Assembly (NCBI GenBank): GCA_951406725.2
Contig: OX597814.1
Span: 115,072,001 to 115,136,000, forward strand
Origin: Octopus vulgaris
Lineage: Eukaryota
Reading direction: 5' to 3'
DNA: 64,000 bases
Below the pieces are notes generated by a model, which made no database searches, was not told where the DNA came from, and worked only from the letters and a program-made list of their open reading frames with translations. The first letter of the stretch is position 1, and each line of letters starts with the position of its first letter. The translations under genes and the position numbers were made by a program. This document shows positions 55,546 through 64,000 of this stretch, one piece after another.

Positions 55546-56140
55546 TAAAGGTAAAGATAAAGACCCCCTTCGGTTATGAATGACCATGGAGTTGCACCTG
55601 GAAAGTTACCTTCCGAGGCTCAAGTCTGGGCAAAGTTGTTTATGGAAGCCTACAAGTCGCCCATGCATACCAGCCTCCCATCTCTACGCAACCAATGTTA
55701 TCCAAGAGAAAGGCAAAAGCCGATACAACTTGGCACCAGTGACGTTGCAACTCGCTTCTACAGACAAGGCGGCGAGCTGGCAGAATCGTTAGCACGCCGA
55801 GCAAAATGCTTAGCGGTATTTCGTCTGCCGCTACGTTCTGAGTTCAAATTCTGCCGAGATCGACTTTGCCTTTCATCCTTTCGGGGTCGATAAATCAAGC
55901 ACCAATTACGCACTGGGATCGATGTAATCGACTTAATACCTTTATCAGTCCTTGTTTGTCCCCTCTATGTTTAGTCTCTAGTGGGCAATAAAGAAATAAA
56001 ACTCACTTTTACACATGAAATGGAGCAACGTGATATAAATTGTCTTGCTCGAGAACACAATACACAGCCTGATTCGGGAATCGAACTCACTACCACATGA
56101 TTGTGAACCTAACACTAACCATTGAGCCATGCGCCTTCAC
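55546..56140 (-). mobile_element. tRNA-headed SINE interrupted by a + strand family B SINE (55768-55998)
   Basis: Head at 56020-56140 and tail at 55546-55767. The insert is flanked by a diverged duplication AACTCGCTTCTACA / AACTCACTTTTACA. Confidence 0.75.
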
Positions 56141-56289
56141 ATTTATGGATACGTTAGCTGTTTCTATGTATATGTGCTTTTATGTTTGTCTGGGTTGAAT
56201 GAAAGAGATAAGTTTTATATGTGGAGGTAAAAATTTCGTGTAATACCTATGTGGCTGAGTTTTCAGATGTCATTACTCAGGTAAGATTT

Positions 56290-56900
56290 TTTGTGGTTAC
56301 AAACAGTGACCCTCGTATGCTCATGTGGTATTTCCTTTCAGCTTGGTATTTTTGTTCCATTGCTTAAGTAGAGTATGGGTTTGATCTGTATACAGCCTGT
56401 GATAATCAGAAATGGGGTTTCGTGCTCTTTATGATATATCGTGCTTATTGTGGAGGGACTGCATTAATCCATGATCGACTAATGTACTGTTTATGTACCA
56501 TAGTTGTTATTTCTGCCAGTTTGAGACAAATGTGTATTCCGTGAGTGCCCCATTTGTCATACTTTCGTTTCTGTGTCTTACAGATGTGCTGTGCATATTT
56601 AAATCTGTTTTATTTAACTCCGAGTAGTCTTTCCTTACGTGTGTGATGAAGGATTATAGTTTGTTTTCTAGCGTGGTTGGTGGGATTATTTTGTTTTGGA
56701 ACCGAGTTTCTGTGTGTTTCATGTAGGTCTATAGTAGCGTGATTGTGTCGAGAGAAGAGATGAATATGCGTAAGCCGGAATCTATGTAGGAAGTTGTGTC
56801 TGTTGCGAAAATGTAAGACTATTGTGTAGATGCAGGCTGAAAATATTGAAGGAGAAGACATACCCTTGTAGGACATCATTCAGGAAATAGTTTGCGAACT
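56290..56900 (-). pseudogene. Ancient LINE RT remnant (I/Jockey-like)
   Basis: Minus strand NDVLQGYVFSFNIFSLHLHN (56880-56821, compare GVPQGSVLSP.LFN), RLLGVK (about 56615-56632) and LIITGC (about 56392-56409), in the expected order. May extend to about 58700. Confidence 0.55.
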
Positions 56901-59397
56901 TGATAGTTCATTCGTCAGCGTGCTGGGTCATTTCTAAAGAAGGTATTCATTCTTTTGTGTATAAGTATTTTTAAGCATTATATTCTAGTACTGAGTTGGT
57001 GTTTAATATTAGTTTCAGTCGTCACATAGTAAGACTATATTATATATTTCAAAGATATCTTTCATTCATCTTTACTCACAACTCATAGTCCATTATAGCT
57101 TCAGAATGTGTGTTAACACTTTAGGCTTTGAATCGATAGCTGTCTGAATCAATTACTATTATATTTTTTCCTAATTGACAGTGTAAAAGTTTCATTCAAT
57201 TGATGTGGTGTAAACATAACACTTTTACTTTTCCCTATATTGTTTTTCATCTAATATTTCCTATTATAGCGACAAGACTGAGAAAAGACACTTGCTGAAT
57301 TGCACCTCATGATAGCAATTCAGATCCTTTGTTATATCCAGGTAGCCTGTGAGGATTTACTCAGCACTACCATAACTTCAGACACAATTCGGAGATGAAC
57401 ATGAAAGTGAAGGAACTCTAGGTTCCAATATTCTCAAAGACCACTGATATAAATCTGTAGTGAACGAATAAACATTGGTAATTTTGTGGTTTCACTACTT
57501 CGGAATGATTTGCCGCGGCAACCGTGACAATTGTTCTGCATCAAGCGAATCCTTTCTGTCTCTGCAAAGAAAAATGTCTTACTATCAGGCCTACACTTGT
57601 CGCTACAATCAAGATTCACTGGCTTCAAAATGCATGCGGGACTTCATGTATTGTTTGTAATTATCAGTTTATAATTTATCAGTTTATAATTTAGAGGGTA
57701 TCCTTAATATCGTTGATTTAACGAGTTAATATTATCTTCCTCTAGTAACAAATGAAGTGTTGATCCTAGGCTCTGGTAAGCCATTAAATCATGCCGCTAC
57801 ATTATCTTAGCTTGTTAAGGATTTTAATCAAGAATTCGAAGCTCTCGAAATTATCCGGGAGATTTTTTTTTATTTCCTTGGGGTATTTCTATATCATATT
57901 TCACAATTTAGGGAAAAATGGAATTTTTTCGGTGTCTCCTCATTGCTCTTTATCAATTACAAATTATTATAATTATAATTCGAATTACTGATATATTTAT
58001 TCCTGGCATCTTGAATATCTTCATTTAATAACAGTTACAAGTCTTTGTGTTTGTAATTTTCTCTTTTCTTTTTTTCCACACTTCATGGTTGGAAATTTTT
58101 GTTGGTCAATCTTTGATGCCATTGGCTGGCTTGTAAATGTATCAGATGTGGCGTCGTTGAACGAACAACTCAAACAGTCGAAAAACAGGTCTCTTATTCT
58201 GAGATGAACCAGAACCAATTATAACCAACGCGAAAGTCAATAACCGATTTATCTAAAGCAATACCCTTAATGCTATCATTCTGTTTCACTAAACTAACTT
58301 TATAGTCAGTTTCGAAGATTTTACTGTTATTATAATATATTTCAGCTGATGTGTTGTGTGTGGTCTTGAAATATTCGATTATGGTAATAAAGATTTAATA
58401 ATGCCGAGGTGCTTGCAACATATAGTTGCAGTATAAGATTTAGCTTTTTTTTTTCTGTGGAGGTGATTCGCTGGGGAAACAGAAAAATAAGTTGCTATGT
58501 GAAATTCTGTAGTTTGCTTGTCCAGTTATTTTTTGTTCCATAGCAAGTCTTTTGTAAGGATTTTATTGCTCTGTAAAATAACTATATTCTCTAGTCTTGC
58601 GTTCCATTTGTTCTATTTGACTGGATATTATTTAGTGGGGTCGACCTTTTTTCATTATTCTCATATGTTCTATAAATAAAGAGGGGAACGTTTGTCCCCA
58701 AAGCTTTAGATGTTTTCCTACTGCTTCAAATTTTCTAATGAGATCATTCAGCTGCTTTCATTTATTTTCACGAGACTCACGAATATTTAATGTATCATCA
58801 ATAACTTTTCTTTTCATAATCGATTATGAGAGTTAAAAACTATAATATCATCATCACCAGCATGGTCAACAATTCAACAAAGAAACTTGTACATTGTCTC
58901 GATCTGAGCTAGAAATAATAACCAACTCTCCGAGAACGCATTGTAGAATAAAATCCTAAATACACCATGTCTGGAAAAGACATGAGTGATGATCATGGTT
59001 GGAACGCTTTAATCATAGATGTGCTTGATTATGGCGACCTAGAGTTAAACAAACACATTAACAAAAATATTGTAATTGCAAATTCTATGATGACCGATCG
59101 ACTGAGCGATGTAATGACCATTTTATTTCACAGTGCTCTTAGAATGTTCTTTTTGGGTATTCTTTGAGTTCTATACATGTGTAAGATATATAATTTCACT
59201 TTCCTAAATTTTACTGGCGAAGGCATCGATGACAGGAGTAAGAATGCAAATACATAGCAGAAATGATAATTCTTAACGTTTTGAATGTTCAATAGTCTCG
59301 TGTTTCGGTAAAAACACCTTCAGCTAATACATGTAATGAGTGAAGCTTTTACATCACATATTACCTTAAATTTTGTCTTACATATCTAAGACTTACT

Positions 59398-59440
<43 letters not shown>

Positions 59441-59441
<1 letters not shown>

Positions 59442-59737
59442 GAGGTACATAGCCTAGTGGTTAGAGCAGCGGACTCGCTGCCGAGGGATCGCGGTTTCGA
59501 ATCTCAGACCGGGCGATGTGTGTGTTTATGAGCGAAACACCTAAGCTCCGTGCGGCTCTGGCAGAAGATAATGGCGAACTTCTGCTGACTCTTTCGCCAC
59601 AACTTTCTCTCACTCTTTCCTCCTGCATCTTGCAGCTCACCTGCGACGGACCGGCGTCCCGTCCAGGTGGGAAAGCTATACGCCAAGGAAACCGGCACTT
59701 ATGAACCAGGCATAGCTCGAGAAGGAACAAACAACAA
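59441..59737 (+). mobile_element. tRNA-derived SINE family C
   Basis: Head GGAGGTACATAGCCTAGTGGTTAGAGCAGCGG...GTTTCGAATCTC, (CAA)n tail; the head is shared with 61941. Confidence 0.8.
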
Positions 59738-61389
59738 TATATATATATATATGTAGGGGAGAAAATTCCCTCCATTAATTTCGTTATATTTACTTGAGGC
59801 CAGAGAAAAAAGTATTCATTTCAAATTCAAGCAAATTCGAGGGAAGGGCTAAGTCGACTACATCGACCTCAGTGTACAACTGGTATCGACCCCAAAAGAT
59901 GAAAGATAGAATCTATCTCTGCGGAATTTGAACTCAGAATGTAAAGACGGGCGAAATACCCCTGAGAATTTTTCCCGTCGTACTAACGATTCTGCCAACT
60001 CGCAAAAAGTATTGCGACCAGTCTTTATACTGTTCTTTGTCACTGAACTTCTATATACAATCCACCATCCTCAGCCTACATTAGAGTGTATTCTTTAGCC
60101 TTTTTAAATAAGTTTTATTATTTCCACTAAACATGGTGGTTATGGAATATGTGTAGCATGTCCCGTTTTAGGTTTAGACATTTTGTTTTCACAGTTATTC
60201 AACATGCACGGCAAAAGAATCTAATCGCTGAAACTGATATAGTTGAATCTTATAGATGACAAACAATATTAATGTTGGAAGATAGATATATCTCAGCATG
60301 ATCTATTTCTGTTGCTGTTTACCAAGGAAGAACATCACTAGTAACCTTTGATTTGCTGTTTTATTATATAATTTAGATAGAATTAGTATCTAATTCAGGA
60401 TTTCTAATATAAACGGAAGGTCTCAAATTTGAAAGCTGATTGTTTATATCAAACCACGGCAGAAGGCTTCACAAAATGCATGACATTCAGCGCATAGATG
60501 CGCATAGATGCTACCGATGACACCACAGTTATACACGACTAAAACTTGACTATATGAACAACAGATACATATACATACAACTGCTAAGCTCACAAAACTT
60601 TCCGTCCCAAAATAACCGTTTGTGAGGTTCCGATGCATCCTGGTGCAAAAACAATACAGTCAACCAAGAAAGCCATAAAATTAATTCCCTTTGCATCGTA
60701 AACAATCTATACTAATAAACCCACATAGCTCACCAAGCTAAGTAAAATAATTTCTCTCTAGACATCACTTTTTACTCTAGACATCAAACAGAAACACTTT
60801 CACTAACTTCAAAACATCTGGGTACAACCATTTCCAACACGAGACAGAATTACAATTCTTATAATTACCTAATATATAATCAACATCATAGATGGTGCAT
60901 TATATATATATATCAAAGTAATTGTAGAAGACAGCAAACATCACTTCACATTTCAGCATAAGCAAATACAGTTCTACTTACACATACGAATACACCAACT
61001 TAGTAAAAACATAAGGTATTGACTCATACACATCAGAAGAGCATCACACACTACATAAATAAATATCATGATAAAGAAACACCGAAATAACATTTTAAAA
61101 AGGAACTAAAAATCGACATCAAGCTGCAAAAATAAACAACACAAAATGAATATCAAAACACTATACGAAGTAATTAACAGAACCAAAACAATATGTAAAA
61201 TGAAAGCTTTGCCATCTTTAGCAACGACCAAACTACATTTAAGCTATATATATTACGAACTTATATCTTCACCATAGTATTACAATAACATCAAACGACT
61301 TTCCCGCACATACTCCGAGAGCAAGCAGTCTTTCTAATCGAATACTTTTCCAGACTGAGCCGCAACAGAAAAGTGCAGTAACTATGAGC

Positions 61390-61702
61390 TGTGGTTTCGG
61401 ATTCAGTCCCACTGCATGATACCTTGGGCAAGTATCTTCTACTATAGCCTCGAGCCGACCAAAGCCTTGTGAGTGGATTTGGTAGACGGAAACTGAAAGA
61501 AGCCCGTCGTATGTATGTATTTATGTGTGTTTGACGCCCCACCATCGCTTGACAGTTAATGCTGGTGTGTTTACACCAAAAAGAGTCCGATACAATAAGC
61601 TCTAGGCTTACAAAGAATAAGTCCTGGGGTCGATGTGTTCGACTAAAATGCAGTGCTGCAGCATGGCCGCAGTCAAATGACTGAAACGAAAGAATAAAAG
61701 AA
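61390..61702 (+). mobile_element. SINE family A, 5'-truncated
   Basis: Aligns by eye to 6505-6932. Confidence 0.88.
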
Positions 61703-61940
61703 AAGTAACTCTAGATGATAATGTGCTCCTGTGGGAGTGAGAAAGTGCATGGCTTTTTGAGTTTACGTATTCGAGTATATGTGTAAGGTTAGTTCCCCAC
61801 TTTTCCCGATTTCAAATCAAGAATTTTTAAATTTCTTTGAATAAAGTAACAACTTTTAGCAAATGTCCAATCGTGTACCATCTGCATTGTTCTATGGATC
61901 ATTTTCTGGACTTATGAAATGTGCAACAGCAACAGCAAGT

Positions 61941-62310
61941 GGAGGTGCAATGGCCCAATGGTTAGGGCAGCGGACTCGCGGTCGGAGGATCGCGGTTTCG
62001 ATTCCCAGACCGGGCTTTGTGTGTGTTTATTGAGCGAAAGTACCTAAAAGCTCCACCAGGCTCCAACAGGGGGTGGTGGCGACCCCTGTTGTACTCTTTC
62101 GCTCCAACTTTCTCTTACTCTTTCTTCCTGTTTCTTCTCCCCGACTTCTTACGCAACCGCTGAGCCTAGATGCGTATTTATCCATCCGTCGATGCTCTCG
62201 GTGTCGGGAGTTGACCTGCTTTCTCTTCTGCGGGTCTTACGAATAGCAAAGGACCACGTTTCGGACTTCTCCCATCTTGCGAGGTCTGGGACGAAGACCA
62301 ATCGCTCAGC
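61941..62310 (+). mobile_element. tRNA-derived SINE family C variant
   Basis: A-box TGGCCCAATGG and B-box GTTTCGATTCC; 3' half differs from 59441. Confidence 0.8.
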
Positions 62311-62499
62311 AGCAACACTAATAGCAGCAGCATTAGGCTTATTAACTGATTACTTTTTTAAATAAGCATTTATTTGCTTATTTGTTTATTTGCAACATCA
62401 GTGCCTGAACGGCTACTGAAATTCCATATATCGCTGGCAGTTCAGATTTGGATGCATGCTGCTACCAGACAATCTGCTACTGAAGAGACGGAGCATGTC

Positions 62500-62600
62500 G
62501 AAATCACGTGCCCTGACAGTTCTGCTGCCAGTAGCAAACGATTCTCGACTGCCAGGAATATAAATATGTATACTTTTATGCACCACACGTCTCTTTGAGA
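62500..62600 (+). pseudogene. Possible hAT transposase dimerisation-domain remnant
   Basis: CPDSSAASSKRFSTARNI resembles the hAT C-terminal motif P.TS..SER.FS.AG.I; only a short match. Confidence 0.3.
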
Positions 62601-62789
62601 GGTTCTCACAATATAAATAATGAAGTATTCGCCGCTCTAAGAATACATCCAAGTTGGATATTGAGATTGTCTTTTGATATTAATACTGCTTCTGTCGCTA
62701 TTATTTGACATACATACATATATCTGTTTGTATGTCCAATTGTAATAAAAACAATTTTATATTAATCTGGATTCTTTTTTTCTTTTCTA

Positions 62790-63202
62790 TTTTACTTGTT
62801 TCAGTCGTTTGACTGCGGCCATGCTGGAGCACCGCATTTAGTCGAGCAAATTGATCCGAGGACTTATTTTTTGGAAGCCTAGTACTTATTCTATCAGGCT
62901 CTTTTGTCGAGCCGATAAGTTACGGGGACGTAAACACACCAGCATCGGTTGTCAAGCGATGTTGGGGGAAAACGCAAACACACAAACATATACATGTACA
63001 AACATACATATATATATATATATAAGTATACATATATACGACGGGCTTCTTTCAGTTTCCGTCTACCAAATCCACTCACAAGGCTTTGGTCAGCTCGAGG
63101 CTATAGTAGAATACACTTGCCCAAGTTGCCACGCAGTAGGAATGAACCCGGAACCATGTGGTTGGTAAGCAGGCTACTTACCACACAGCCACTCCTGCGC
63201 CT
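62790..63202 (-). mobile_element. SINE family A, full length
   Basis: Reverse complement of 6505-6932. Confidence 0.92.
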
Positions 63203-63728
63203 ATTTTCTTGTAGAGTATGATTTTATATTTAAGCAAAATTATCATTGACAGTGCCTTCGAAGTTTCGGACAGCTAAGCAATCGTCAGACTGCTGAATAT
63301 AGCTTAACTGATAAGAACTTCGAAGTCACTATCAATGATATTCTTGATAGAATTATATACATATATATGTATGTGTGTGTGCATACATGTATAATGTTGG
63401 GTATGGCGATATATCAGGAATATGATGTACTTCGAGGAAGTAATTGAATACGGATAGCATAATCGTGTATTCTGAAATTAAAAGTGGTTTTGTCGCATAT
63501 AATTATATTGCAGTGTTTGTTATATCGCTTGGTCACTTGCAAACATGTGTTTACTTCCTAAGTAATGAAGCAGAAACGAAAATCTTGCTAAATTTGGAGT
63601 TTTCCAGCTTTGTAGACTGTTATAATTTAATGGGGGAAATTAATTAGTGTCTCTGGTTAATGACGAAAATATCAACACTCATTCATTAATGCGTGTGGAT
63701 GTATATATACATATATATATCTGTGTGC

Positions 63729-63770
<42 letters not shown>

Positions 63771-63805
63771 ATGCGTGTTATACGTACGCAACACACATGT
63801 ATATA

Positions 63806-64000
63806 TTTTTCTCTACTACCCACAAGGGGCTAAACACAGAGGGGATAAACATGGACAGACAAACGGATTAAGTCGATTACATCGACCCCAGTGCGTAACT
63901 GGTACTTATTTAATCGACCCCGAAAGGATGAAAGTCAAAGTCAACCTCGGCGGAATTTGAACTCAGAGCGTGACGGCAGACGAAATACGGCTACGCATTT
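63806..64000 (-). mobile_element. SINE family B, Tx1-type tail, cut by the window end
   Basis: Matches 27887-28080. Confidence 0.9.

Noticed and set aside
60440-61300. A/C-skewed tract suggestive of an old + strand LINE
   Set aside because: No diagnostic motif was recoverable by manual translation.
61941-62015. tRNA-like sequences (also 59441, 28500, 6505)
   Set aside because: They continue into SINE bodies and lack a complete cloverleaf and terminator, so they are SINE heads.

Overview
Eukaryotic, AT-rich and very repeat-dense DNA. The SINE families and (TA)/(CA)/(GATA)n load look like an octopod cephalopod (my recognition, not a database result). The window appears to be mostly intronic. 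I find one convincing + strand exon with a start codon (40205-40317) and a weaker candidate first exon (to 190), but cannot identify the host gene. Nearly all ORFs in the supplied track are microsatellite or SINE artefacts. The real protein-coding signals are decayed retroelements: a 5'-truncated Neptune-like Penelope element (45831-48500), a Naiad-like Penelope 3' end (2558-3790), a Tx1/L1-clade LINE inside (GATA)n (51719-53093) and an old I/Jockey-like RT remnant. There are two main unexplained patterns. (1) About ten hammerhead-ribozyme motifs from several Penelope pseudo-LTR families occur here; canonical CUGANGA cores are only on the minus strand, and every plus-strand copy has an altered core. 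(2) A tRNA-headed SINE shares its 3' tail with the Tx1 LINE in this window and is joined three times to the same site inside its own family's head, once with a perfect 19-bp TSD and once as a dimer that moved as a unit. All alignments and folds were done by eye.
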